The notes beneath the pieces were generated by a model. It did no database searches. It worked only from the letters and a program-made list of their open reading frames with translations, and was not told the origin of the DNA. From the NCBI GenBank assembly GCA_964467345.1, contig CAYXPY010000004.1, forward strand, positions 17,358 through 81,357: a stretch of 64,000 bases of DNA, written 5' to 3'. Below, one piece after another: positions 39,437 to 48,882 of this stretch (positions within the stretch are counted from its first letter, which is position 1; each line of letters begins with the position of its first letter). Made by a program: the position numbers and the translations under genes. The stretch comes from an uncultured Thermoplasmatales archaeon (GTDB lineage: Archaea; Thermoplasmatota; E2; DHVEG-1).

Positions 39437-40574
39437 GGCAGATGTCGTCATCATAGGAGGCGGAGTGAATGGCTGCTCTCTTGCATATCATCTGGCTAAA
39501 AAAGGCCTAGAGGTCGTTCTCGTCGAGAAAAACTATCTGTCCTCGGGTGCCACCGGAGCGTGCGGTGCAGGAATCCGCCAACAATGGTCCACTCGGGAGA
39601 ACGCGTCCCTTGCGATTCAAAGTGTGAAGATTTTTGAGGGGTTAAACAAGGAACTTGGTCAGGATATCGAGTTTCGCCAAGGTGGCTATCTCATCGCAGT
39701 CCATGATAAAGCAGAGATGAAACAAGCCGAAAAGAACGTCGCGATGCAGAGATCCCTTGGCTTGAAGGTTGATATCTTACAGCCTGATGAGATTACCAAG
39801 ATAGTCCCCATCCTTGACGTGAAAGGAATGAAGGCTATTGGTGCGACGTTTTGCCCAACCGATGGCCATGCCAACCCGTTCAAGACCACGTTTGCGTACG
39901 CGGATGCGGCACGAAGGAATGGCGCTGAGATATATACCCATACGAAAGTCATCAGTCTGAAGGCAACGAAAAAATCGATTCGTTCTGTCGTAACAGATCA
40001 GGGAACGATCCAAGCAGATGCCGTGGTAAATGCTGCTGGAATCGACTCAAAAGCAATCGCAGAATTGGTAAAGATAAAACTACCTCTTGCCGCGTATCGA
40101 AAAGAAATAATGGCTACTGAGCGATTAGAACCCCTTTTTGAGGCTATGGTGATTTCCTTTAAAGATGGGATTTACTTCAGTCAGCAGAAGGAAGGTCAAA
40201 TCGTTGGTGGCATCCCGATTCCTGAAGAAAAAGAAGGATATAAGACGACTCCAACATTTGTCTTTTTGCAGCATATGGCGCACACATTAACAAGATATGC
40301 TCCTGTTCTCAAACACGTGAACCTTTTGCGGCATTGGACCGGGTTTTATGATGTCACCCCCGATGCTCGTCCCATTCTTGGCGAGGCAAAAGACGTAAAA
40401 GGATTTATTCAATGCAACGGCTTCAGCGGCCATGGATTTATGATATCACCGATGGTATCAAAACTGCTTACCGATCTGATCGTCGAAGGGAAAACCACTG
40501 ATGTCCTTGAAAGCCTCAATCTTGATCGTTTCAAAGGCAAGAAAATCGAAAAGGAACTCTCCGTGGTCGGGTGA
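39426..40574 (+). CDS. FAD-dependent proline/amino-acid dehydrogenase beta subunit (sarcosine oxidase beta / ThiO / DadA family)
   Basis: 'DVVIIGGGVNGCSLAYHLAKKGLEVVLVEK' is a GxGxxG FAD motif. The start is set at the ATG at 39426. The ORF-track start at 39402 is a TTG. Confidence 0.7.
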   Translation: MKSKADVVIIGGGVNGCSLAYHLAKKGLEVVLVEKNYLSSGATGACGAGIRQQWSTRENASLAIQSVKIFEGLNKELGQDIEFRQGGYLIAVHDKAEMKQAEKNVAMQRSLGLKVDILQPDEITKIVPILDVKGMKAIGATFCPTDGHANPFKTTFAYADAARRNGAEIYTHTKVISLKATKKSIRSVVTDQGTIQADAVVNAAGIDSKAIAELVKIKLPLAAYRKEIMATERLEPLFEAMVISFKDGIYFSQQKEGQIVGGIPIPEEKEGYKTTPTFVFLQHMAHTLTRYAPVLKHVNLLRHWTGFYDVTPDARPILGEAKDVKGFIQCNGFSGHGFMISPMVSKLLTDLIVEGKTTDVLESLNLDRFKGKKIEKELSVVG

Positions 40575-40619
40575 GGCAGGAATCATAATATACGGTTCTT
40601 TTGTTTCGTATCGATAGAC

Positions 40620-42485
40620 ATGGATTATACGGAGATTGGTTTTAAAGCAGGTCTTGAGATACATCAACAGCTGGATACCTATAAATTATTTTGTCACTGC
40701 GGATCAAAGATAACAGAACAGGAGGTATATCGGTTTGAACGGACCTTACGACCGACGCAAAGCGAGCTTGGTGATGTCGACAGGGCAGCTCTTGAGGAGG
40801 CAGCACGGAAGAGACGATTCTTATATACTGCATCAAGGACTTCGACTTGCTTGGTAGAAGCAGACGAAGAACCACCTCATGCAGCCAACAGCCAAGCAGT
40901 CGATATCTGTCTTACCATGGTGTTACTTCTAAATGCACACCAAGTCGATGAAATCCAGTTCATGCGGAAAATCGTCATCGACGGGTCTAATACCTCTGGA
41001 TTCCAACGGACCGCTCTCATCGCGATGGGGGGCTCTATTGAGAATGTTCGTATATCCACCCTTGCCTTGGAGGAAGATGCTGCACGAAAGCTCAGTCAGA
41101 AAGATAAACTCGTAAACTATGGTCTTGACCGATTAGGAATTCCTCTTATCGAGATTACCACCGAGCCGGACATAACATCCCCTGAACATGCAGAACACAT
41201 CGCTGGACAACTTGGGCTGCTCCTGCAGGCGACAAAAAAGGTGAAACGAGGGTTAGGGACCATTAGACAGGATCTGAACATCTCAATTGCCCAGGGTGCA
41301 CGGGTCGAAGTAAAAGGAATTCAATCCCTCAGTTCGATATCAAAGGTGGCGGAAAATGAATCCCTCAGACAGATGGGTATTATCGAAATCGCAGAAATAC
41401 TAAATAGTCGAGCAAAGAAAAACGATTTGAAGGAAACACCAAGCAAAGATCTGACTGCAGTTTTTTTAAAAACAAAATCTAACCTCATCAAAGACAAGCA
41501 AAAAGACAACGCATGCATCAAGGGGATCAGACTACCGGGGTATCAAGGGTTACTTACAAAAAAGCAGACAGGGTTAGGCAAAGATTTCGCTGTCTACACG
41601 GGTCTTACTTCAGGCATTGATAGCATCATCCATAGCGATGAGATGCAAATGCATGGAATCTCAGACCAGGAAGTAGAACAAACAAGACAGTCCCTGGAAT
41701 TAGAAAACCATGATGCCTTCGTTCTTGCACTGGGGGATGAAACCATGGTGGATGCTGCCGTAGAAGCAATTCGAAACAGAGCTATGATGTATTTCGATGG
41801 CGTCCCAGAAGAGGTCCGGCGCAGCCTTCCAGATAACACGACTGAATATATGCGGCCGCTCCCTGGTGCTGCACGGATGTACCCTGAGACTGATGTGCCC
41901 CCTATACGCATCACACAAGAACATCTACAAGAACTACTTATTCCTGAGAAACCATCTGAGAAACGACAACGCCTCGCCAAGCAATACCACTTAAACGAGG
42001 AACAGATCCATCAATTGCTCTCCAGTGGATACGAAGAGGACTTTGAAAAATACGTTTCCCGCTACCCGGGATTGGAGAATGTGATTCTACGAACATATAT
42101 CAATACCATTGCTGAGCTTCAAAAAGAAGGAATCGATATACAAACCATCGATGAGACAACGCTCATAACAGTATTATCAGCCTTGCAGGAAGGTAAATTT
42201 GCAAAAGAAGCAGCCCCTCAAATCATACAATACCTCTGTGTCCATCCAACGGCATCTCTAGAAGAAGCAATCCTGAGTTGTGGATTCACACCTGCAAGTC
42301 AGGAAGAAATCATTCAAGTAATTCATACAATAATAACAGAAAGAAAAGACTTTGTCAAACAGAGAGGAACCAACGCCGTAGGACCCCTCATGGGTGTGGT
42401 AATGAAACAGCTACGAGGAAAAGCAGACGGTCAGCTCATCAGTAAAATACTTCAGCAGGAAATAGAAAAGGTTATTTCGTCATAA
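40620..42485 (+). CDS. gatE: Glu-tRNA(Gln) amidotransferase subunit E
   Basis: It is 621 aa with an N-terminus 'GFKAGLEIHQQL' and a GatB/E-like C-terminal domain. gatD is not adjacent. Confidence 0.9.
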   Translation: MDYTEIGFKAGLEIHQQLDTYKLFCHCGSKITEQEVYRFERTLRPTQSELGDVDRAALEEAARKRRFLYTASRTSTCLVEADEEPPHAANSQAVDICLTMVLLLNAHQVDEIQFMRKIVIDGSNTSGFQRTALIAMGGSIENVRISTLALEEDAARKLSQKDKLVNYGLDRLGIPLIEITTEPDITSPEHAEHIAGQLGLLLQATKKVKRGLGTIRQDLNISIAQGARVEVKGIQSLSSISKVAENESLRQMGIIEIAEILNSRAKKNDLKETPSKDLTAVFLKTKSNLIKDKQKDNACIKGIRLPGYQGLLTKKQTGLGKDFAVYTGLTSGIDSIIHSDEMQMHGISDQEVEQTRQSLELENHDAFVLALGDETMVDAAVEAIRNRAMMYFDGVPEEVRRSLPDNTTEYMRPLPGAARMYPETDVPPIRITQEHLQELLIPEKPSEKRQRLAKQYHLNEEQIHQLLSSGYEEDFEKYVSRYPGLENVILRTYINTIAELQKEGIDIQTIDETTLITVLSALQEGKFAKEAAPQIIQYLCVHPTASLEEAILSCGFTPASQEEIIQVIHTIITERKDFVKQRGTNAVGPLMGVVMKQLRGKADGQLISKILQQEIEKVISS

Positions 42486-42816
42486 ACTCAAACCAACTCA
42501 CGCTTCCCGCCTCTAGAAGTTTTTTTATTCTCTCTTGCCCAATGGTTAAAGACACGTTCTCATTTTTAAACACAACAAACAAAATCTGGTCTTCCTCAAA
42601 CTGTATCCCATCTATAGGTGATCCGATAAAACGGAAATTCTCATGATGAAAAGGATAGTACCTCATGGTCTCCTGAAAATTCTCTAATTGTGAACTGGTT
42701 GTATCAAGTTTCCTCTGCAGCGGAGCGACAGCACTCCGATGTGAAAGACCAACACCAATGATGATTCCAATACTGGCTCCAATGAAAAACACCCAGAGGC
42801 TCATTAAGGGATCCAT
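42472..42816 (-). CDS. hypothetical membrane-anchored protein (N-terminal TM helix)
   Basis: It is 114 aa with a hydrophobic N-terminus. 'IGSPIDGIQFEEDQILFVVFKNE' is weakly PD-(D/E)xK-like. It is convergent with gatE with a 14-nt overlap. Confidence 0.3.
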   Translation of the reverse strand: MDPLMSLWVFFIGASIGIIIGVGLSHRSAVAPLQRKLDTTSSQLENFQETMRYYPFHHENFRFIGSPIDGIQFEEDQILFVVFKNENVSLTIGQERIKKLLEAGSVSWFEFMTK

Positions 42817-42869
42817 TCGTTCATCCTCGAAGAAGAAGCAACGTATGAACGGTTGAATATCTTTTCCGT

Positions 42870-43577
42870 TCAGGTCTTCTTCGAAGGGGTTACACGTTTT
42901 TTAAAAAGGAATCTAAAGTTTTTTATCCCGTCTTTGAAGCTTTCAAGCTTCACCTGACCTTCCCGGGCAAACAAGGTTGATGGGATCTCCTTTGCTTTGA
43001 TGTGTTTGTTCGTGAACATTTCAATTTTGATTTCCTCGGAGAACGGCATGCCGCTGTTGAATTCTTCCAACGGCTGTATCTTTGATAGTGCGTCACGTTT
43101 GAAGATCCACATGCCTGATTGCGAGTCTCTGATGTTTATCAAAAAAAGAATCCGAAGGGTCCAAGCCAGGGTCATGTTCCCAAAACGATGTTTCAGCGAC
43201 ATCGATTTATGCTTCAGGTCAGCAAAACGATCTGTGTTCATGAAATCCAGTTTCTGATCAAGAAGCATCTGGATGTATTCATGGATTTGGTTAAAGGGAT
43301 AGGTTGCATCTGCATCACCGGTGACGATGATATCACCCGTGGCAGCGGCTAGCCCTGTTTTATAGGCTCGCCCGTATCCTTTGCGATCTTCAAGAATCAC
43401 CTTTGCGCCTTTGCTTGCTGCTATTTCCCGCGTCCTGTCCTTTGAGTTACCATCCACGATGATGATTTCAAGATCCCAGTCATGCTCCCTGAAATACGCG
43501 GTGTTAACGGAATCGATTGTTTTGCCTATGCCTCGTTCCTCATTGATAGCGGGGATGACAATACTGACCTTCAGAAT
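42870..43577 (-). CDS. family-2 glycosyltransferase (Dpm1/GtrB-like)
   Basis: 'KVSIVIPAINEERGIGKTIDSV...IIIVDGNSKDRT...TGDADATYP' is present. The frame is open back to 43580 with no ATG. Candidate starts are CTG or ATT, so the start is uncertain. Confidence 0.7.
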   Translation of the reverse strand: MLKVSIVIPAINEERGIGKTIDSVNTAYFREHDWDLEIIIVDGNSKDRTREIAASKGAKVILEDRKGYGRAYKTGLAAATGDIIVTGDADATYPFNQIHEYIQMLLDQKLDFMNTDRFADLKHKSMSLKHRFGNMTLAWTLRILFLINIRDSQSGMWIFKRDALSKIQPLEEFNSGMPFSEEIKIEMFTNKHIKAKEIPSTLFAREGQVKLESFKDGIKNFRFLFKKRVTPSKKT

Positions 43578-43655
43578 CGCTCACTCCAGGAAAGAGTATA
43601 AAAACAAGGAGGTTAAAAGGGTTTTGAAAAAAAAATAGTAAAAAAAAGAGAGAAA

Positions 43656-43674
43656 AAGGGGGATTCTACCCCTT
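43656..43674 (-). terminator. hairpin followed by oligo-T (minus strand) after the PGF-CTERM protein gene
   Basis: Plus-strand 'aaggggg-attcta-cccctt' lies immediately 3' of the stop at 43685. It is preceded on the plus strand by an A-rich run at 43621-43650, which is a T-run on the transcribed strand. Confidence 0.4.
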
Positions 43675-43684
43675 CTGTGTGTGT

Positions 43685-46600
43685 CTATTTCCGTCTGCGT
43701 CTGAGGAGCAGGAACGCTACTCCGATTGCTGCGATGAGCGTAAGTAGCTCAAAGCCAGGTATGCCACCGCCTTCTGCGATTGTGACAGTGCCGGACACCG
43801 GATCATATCCGGGGAAAGTGGCGGTCACTGGATAGCTGCCTGCTTTGCTTGGCGCAGTAATCGTGACAGATCCACCTGCACCAGTCGTGTAGGTCTTACC
43901 TTCGAAGGTGACGGTTGCACCAATGACGGCACTACCCGTGTCATCAGCGACGGTTAAGGTAAACGTCTGTCCTGCTTTTACTTCACCAGCGACTGCGACA
44001 ATCAGCTTGGGTATGTTTAATACCGTGATGATCGCACCTGTGGCTGTGACGTATCCCTCAGCACTTGCTGTGATTGGATAAGCCATGGAAGTTGCTATAG
44101 TTGGAGCGGTGATGGTGGCGACACCAGTGTTGGTAGGCCAGGTTTGTCCGTCGAAGGTAAAGGTGACGGTCGCATCTGTGATGAGCACACCATTGGATTT
44201 TGCCTCAACAGTGAAGGTTTTTCCTTCATCAACAGAGGGGTTCAGGTGGATGCTCATTGGTTTACGAGCAGTTGCAACGATGACGAACTCATTGTCAGGA
44301 TCAGATTCATTCTCGATGTAGATGACAACCTCGCCACTTGCTTGAGCGGTGATTGAGAACTGCACTTTACCCGCTGCATCAGTGGATGCATTGTCCGGTA
44401 TTTTTGCGAGAATCGAATCTGAAAGTGTCGCGTTCCATGCCTCAAGCCGTACGTCAACATCTTCGAGAGGAGCACCGGTTGCTGGATGGGTGATTGTAAT
44501 AGTAACCAAGGTTGCTTCACCGTTGTAGATGGTCGCAGGGCTCGGTGTTGCTGTTGCAGTGGTCACACGCAGTAAGCCATCTGCAGGTCGATCCTCACCG
44601 CCATCAGGTCGATAGCTGAAGGTGACGTTTCCTAGTGTTGATGCTTCGACTTCTTCAAGAGTACCCACTCCGTTCTCAATGGCGATTTCTGTGGTTTCTC
44701 CTTCAATTGAAGCTTCAGGTGCACCAGTCATATTATTAATTGTCAATGTCCCGTTTCCCGCTGGTGTCAACTGGAAGGTCATATTGACCTCATCTATCTT
44801 CCAGGCAAGGGTTGATGGTGACGAAGTGACAACATAACTGGTAATGACCAAGGTTGCGTTATTGCCTCTGCTGTCGCAGGTGTCATTCATTGCAGCGATA
44901 TAGTAGGTTCCTCCGGATAGAGGAATCAGTTCATCTTGGATATCATATACGCCATCGATGTACCATTCATCCACACCTGTTACATACTCTCCAGTTTCGT
45001 TAAATAATGCGACAGATAAGCCAGTCGTATCTGGGTTTCCACCGCCGACAAGGGTGACCATGATATCATATTCAACGGCATCACCAGCGAATGCAGTGGT
45101 TGGGGTGACAGTGACGATCATGTTATGGTTTCGTTCCATGATGACTTTTGTGTATCCCCAGAATCCCTCATACCAGCGAGCTGCTACGGTGATGTTCTGC
45201 GGGGCAACATCAGGAGTGGTAGCATCTTTCTTATGTGGTTCTATCCAGAACGTATATTGACCATTGAATCCTCGACCAGGTTGGTTGTTCCCAACGGTGG
45301 AGTTGAATTCAACGGCACCGTCTTCCCACATAAGATAGACCTGCGCGTTTTTCACAGGAGCTCCATCCATGTCTGTAACGGTCACGGTTAAATTGAAATC
45401 CATTCCAACAGTGAATGAATCAACCGCTGATGTGACAAAGGTTCCGTTGACTATTTCAATGGTTTGTGTCGCGGTTCCGTTTTCATCTCCGGGCCAGTTG
45501 ATGGTCAAGGTGATCGTCCCATCGGGTTTAGTCGGTGTTACTGTAGCAGTCCATCTTCCTTTTGAACCAGAATACACAAGGTCTGCCTCTGTAACGGGGT
45601 AAAGAATATCTCCTTCGATGGTAAGATTATCCATGACGCCATCTTCTTCATCAGAGTCATCACCATAGTATGCATTTCTGTACTCATCGGTGATACTTCG
45701 ACCAAAGATATCAAAGACGATATCAATAGTTTCTGCTTGGCCATTTGGAGATATATACTCAGGAACATTGACTTTTTTATCCGTCGCTGATCCACTGCCA
45801 TCGTTCACAATCACGAGCTGTACTGGTGGGTTTGCACTTCGGATGGTAAAGCTTGCAGTATTGTTCCATTCATAGGTGTCATCAGCGTTCGCGTCGTATC
45901 CAAAGACGATCCTCCAGGTTCCGTTCACATTGTCATCTCCAAGAGCGGTGACAAGGTCTGCCCATTCAGTGCCCTCATCGAATCTTGCAAATTTAAGTGA
46001 ATAATTACCATCACCCTCATTGGTTATGGCAGCACTAAAATCTACGTATTTTGAACCATATTTTAGCATTATTGGATTAGGAATAAAATCAAGTCCAGCT
46101 CCGGTGCTGTTTGTTACATTAATGTCAATCCGTGCTTCGAATCCCCAGAAAATTGATGTGTTCGTCAATACGACATTTGGTTTTCCGGTTCCAACGGTGA
46201 ATGTTTTCTCAGTAGCGTTCTTCTCAGGTGGATCCCAAGGACCTACAACAGAGTAGTCATATCCTTCACCGACGCCAATGGGGAACATCCCACTGTAATC
46301 GCTTCCATACAAGGGATCGTAAGCGTTCTCATCTTCATCACCATAGTAATAGTACACTCCATATCTATCAAGATCTCGATAAGCTCTGATGGTGTATTTC
46401 CCTGCATAGTCAAAGTAGCTTTGATCTAAGGTCGCTGTCCCCTGACTGTATTCATGATAGACGGTGTTGTTATCGGGATCAAGAACAGCAATCATACATG
46501 CTGCATTGTTTCCACCTTCGGTAACAGTTATCTCAAGTTCTGCATCTGATCCATAGGAGAATGTTGAAGTGGAACTTATACTCAGAACAGTTGAGGTGTT

Positions 46601-47062
46601 AACCCAGAGGTATCCAGCAGGGGTCACACCACCGTCATCCGAAAAGATCCACATACCTGCTCGGAGAAACGTAATTGAGTTTCCTCCTGTGTTCAGAGTA
46701 TCAAAGATTTTACTCCCTGCAACACCTGCCTGTGTTGCTGCAACTCGAACCGGATATTCGTCAGTCCCGACTTTATATGGTCCGTCCCATGAAAAATTTG
46801 TTGCAACACCTGGAGACAAAGCCCAATAGTTCGGGTAGTATAGATAGTATGTCCCATTTGCAGCCCACTCCGAGGTATTGATCTTAATCTGACCACTAGT
46901 ATATGTCGTATCATAGACCAATTTTATTGTTGCATCTCCCCAGTCATCAGCACCAGGTTGCGCACTCGCTTCTTTTATAACATTTAATTGATTAAATACT
47001 ACCAGCGTTGATAGTAACATCGTTAGTACTACCAAGGTAGCAATTATTTTGTTTGCTTTCAT
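43685..47062 (-). CDS. giant secreted surface (S-layer-like) protein with a C-terminal PGF-CTERM archaeosortase sorting signal
   Basis: It starts at MKANKIIATLVVL (a signal peptide) with aggagg 6 nt upstream. The body is rich in T/G/V/D and Ig-like repeats. The C-terminus is 'GGIPGFELLTLIAAIGVAFLLLRRRRK'. Confidence 0.6.
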   Translation of the reverse strand: MKANKIIATLVVLTMLLSTLVVFNQLNVIKEASAQPGADDWGDATIKLVYDTTYTSGQIKINTSEWAANGTYYLYYPNYWALSPGVATNFSWDGPYKVGTDEYPVRVAATQAGVAGSKIFDTLNTGGNSITFLRAGMWIFSDDGGVTPAGYLWVNTSTVLSISSTSTFSYGSDAELEITVTEGGNNAACMIAVLDPDNNTVYHEYSQGTATLDQSYFDYAGKYTIRAYRDLDRYGVYYYYGDEDENAYDPLYGSDYSGMFPIGVGEGYDYSVVGPWDPPEKNATEKTFTVGTGKPNVVLTNTSIFWGFEARIDINVTNSTGAGLDFIPNPIMLKYGSKYVDFSAAITNEGDGNYSLKFARFDEGTEWADLVTALGDDNVNGTWRIVFGYDANADDTYEWNNTASFTIRSANPPVQLVIVNDGSGSATDKKVNVPEYISPNGQAETIDIVFDIFGRSITDEYRNAYYGDDSDEEDGVMDNLTIEGDILYPVTEADLVYSGSKGRWTATVTPTKPDGTITLTINWPGDENGTATQTIEIVNGTFVTSAVDSFTVGMDFNLTVTVTDMDGAPVKNAQVYLMWEDGAVEFNSTVGNNQPGRGFNGQYTFWIEPHKKDATTPDVAPQNITVAARWYEGFWGYTKVIMERNHNMIVTVTPTTAFAGDAVEYDIMVTLVGGGNPDTTGLSVALFNETGEYVTGVDEWYIDGVYDIQDELIPLSGGTYYIAAMNDTCDSRGNNATLVITSYVVTSSPSTLAWKIDEVNMTFQLTPAGNGTLTINNMTGAPEASIEGETTEIAIENGVGTLEEVEASTLGNVTFSYRPDGGEDRPADGLLRVTTATATPSPATIYNGEATLVTITITHPATGAPLEDVDVRLEAWNATLSDSILAKIPDNASTDAAGKVQFSITAQASGEVVIYIENESDPDNEFVIVATARKPMSIHLNPSVDEGKTFTVEAKSNGVLITDATVTFTFDGQTWPTNTGVATITAPTIATSMAYPITASAEGYVTATGAIITVLNIPKLIVAVAGEVKAGQTFTLTVADDTGSAVIGATVTFEGKTYTTGAGGSVTITAPSKAGSYPVTATFPGYDPVSGTVTIAEGGGIPGFELLTLIAAIGVAFLLLRRRRK

Positions 47063-47323
47063 TTTTTCATGTCCTCCTAAATTCATCTTGCATATTGCTT
47101 CATAATGGTCAGGTAAAACACGTTGGTTCACACCGTGAACCACCATATAAGTCCCTCTCTAGTGTAGATGTAGGTAACTTATATCTGTGTCCTCACCGGA
47201 CCTCAGGTGACGTAAATAACTACCTTGTTTATATACATTACGATTTTCCTTCCTTATCTTATAAACAACTATTGGTATAAAATTCAGATTAATCGTATAA
47301 ATTGTTTTCGTTTCATTTTGTTT

Positions 47324-47551
47324 TTAATCATTCAAAATCTTTGAAAATCCATCACGTTTTTTTTTATCCAGCTTCGCATTCAGCAACCCGACCGCTTGTC
47401 GTAGCTGCTGCAAAGAATCCGTCTCATAGAAAATCTTTAAGCTTTTCAGCTGCAGGGTTTTCCCACAATGGGTACATTTTGTTGTCTTCGACGATACGTC
47501 TACTCCCTTCGCCTGTCTGCATTGGGGGCAGGCTATCACACCATATCTCAT
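47324..47551 (-). CDS. small zinc-ribbon protein
   Basis: It is 75 aa with 'CPQCRQ..(16)..CTHCGK' forming a C4 ribbon. Confidence 0.4.
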   Translation of the reverse strand: MRYGVIACPQCRQAKGVDVSSKTTKCTHCGKTLQLKSLKIFYETDSLQQLRQAVGLLNAKLDKKKRDGFSKILND

Positions 47552-47584
47552 AGAAGATCGCCCAATGAAACAAACCTTAACTAA

Positions 47585-47592
47585 TAAATATA
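47585..47592 (+). promoter_or_regulatory. TATA box for tRNA-Tyr
   Basis: 'taaatata' is centred about 33 nt upstream of the mature 5' end. Confidence 0.4.
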
Positions 47593-47621
47593 CCTATTAT
47601 TATGCAGGCTAGAACAGAGTC

Positions 47622-47710
47622 CCCGCCTTAGCTCAGTCTGGCTGGAGCGGCCGGCTGTAGACTCTATGGCCGTTACCGGCAGGTCCCCGGTTCAAATCCG
47701 GGAGGCGGGA
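47622..47710 (+). tRNA. tRNA-Tyr (anticodon GTA) with a 14-nt intron after position 37
   Basis: Folded by hand. The acceptor pairs cccgcct/aggcggg, the D stem gctc/gagc, and the anticodon stem gccgg/ccggc. The loop is ctGTAg followed by the intron 'actctatggccgtt' and then a. The T arm is cccgg-ttcaaat-ccggg. Confidence 0.75.
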
Positions 47711-47776
47711 CTTCCTTCTTTTTTTTTAAAACATCCATAATATTTATTCATATAGTGAGTATACAACGTTTATATA

Positions 47777-48820
47777 ATGACTCGAAAAAGAACTAAGGCA
47801 ATTCGTGTACCCCTCAGTCAAGCCGAACCGGTACGAAGACACCTACGGGAACGAAATCTACTCCGAGATGATGTCAAGATAGCAAAGGAAAAACCATATA
47901 TCTATTTTCCTATCAAAGATCCTATAGAGGACGTTCCACCTTATCAAATTACCACAAAATCATTTGAAATACGAATAAAGAGACCTCGGTCGTATAAGGA
48001 TCTTCTTCTGCTTCCAAAAAAACATCTGGAAAATCTTCCCACTTCGTACGATATTGTAGGAGGAATAGTCCTAATAAAACTACCAAAAACACTTCTCAAC
48101 TATCAAGATAAAATCGGAAAAGCCCTATTACAGGCACATACGAACATCCATACGGTCTGTGTCATCGATGCGGTAATTGGAGAGCTCCGCACACGCAATG
48201 TCTCCATTGTTGCTGGAAAAAAACAAACCCTGACCACGCATAAGGAATATGGGTTGACCTATGATGTGGACGTGGCAAAAGCATATTTTTCCCCGAGACT
48301 TGCATCAGAAAGAAAACGAATAGCTGGGCTTGTGCAGCCCGGTGAAATCATCGTAGATCTCTTCACCGGAGTAGCCCCGTTCGCTATCACGATAGCCCGG
48401 TATGCACAACCAAAGGTTGTCTATGCCATTGACAAAAACCCCGAGGCAATCCGTCTTGCAGAGAAGAATGTGAAACAGAACCATGTGCTGCAGACTGTTG
48501 AGATCATCCATGCCGATGCCACAGATGCTCCAAAACTTATCCCTGGAAAAGTAGACCGGATCATCATGAATCTACCTTTCTCCGCATTTGAGTTCTTTTC
48601 TGTTGCACTGTCCATCTCTGCGGAAACAAGCAAAATACATTATTACGACATCATCAGAGAAGAAAATATCGAAGCAAGGATCTCGGCATTGAAACAAATC
48701 GCTAAAGAACACGGTTATCGCATCATCGATGCATCAGTTCATAAAATCAAATCATACGCACCAAGAGAATTTTATATAGGAGTAGATATTACGGCTACGA
48801 AACACGCCGACGTAGCTTAG
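47777..48820 (+). CDS. trm5: Trm5/TYW2-family class-I tRNA methyltransferase (m1G37-type)
   Basis: 'VDLFTGVAPFAI' is a SAM-binding motif and 'DRIIMNLP' is the NLP catalytic motif. The product is 347 aa and its 3' end overlaps the tRNA-Thr 5' end by 15 nt. Confidence 0.7.
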   Translation: MTRKRTKAIRVPLSQAEPVRRHLRERNLLRDDVKIAKEKPYIYFPIKDPIEDVPPYQITTKSFEIRIKRPRSYKDLLLLPKKHLENLPTSYDIVGGIVLIKLPKTLLNYQDKIGKALLQAHTNIHTVCVIDAVIGELRTRNVSIVAGKKQTLTTHKEYGLTYDVDVAKAYFSPRLASERKRIAGLVQPGEIIVDLFTGVAPFAITIARYAQPKVVYAIDKNPEAIRLAEKNVKQNHVLQTVEIIHADATDAPKLIPGKVDRIIMNLPFSAFEFFSVALSISAETSKIHYYDIIREENIEARISALKQIAKEHGYRIIDASVHKIKSYAPREFYIGVDITATKHADVA

Positions 48821-48882
48821 CCCGGTTGAGCGGCTGACTTGTAATCAGCAGGTCGGGGGTCCAAATCCCTCCGTCGGCTCCA
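48806..48882 (+). tRNA. tRNA-Thr (anticodon TGT), CCA encoded
   Basis: The acceptor pairs gccgacg/cgtcggc. The D stem is gctt/gagc (with a GU pair). The anticodon stem gctga/tcagc closes loop cttgtaa. The T arm is ggggg-tccaaat-ccctc, the discriminator is t, and CCA follows. Confidence 0.85.

Noticed and set aside
47063-47146. Upstream extension of the surface-protein ORF (MVVHGVNQRV...)
   Set aside because: The ATG at 47062 has aggagg 6 nt upstream and starts a classical signal peptide (MKANKIIATLVVL).
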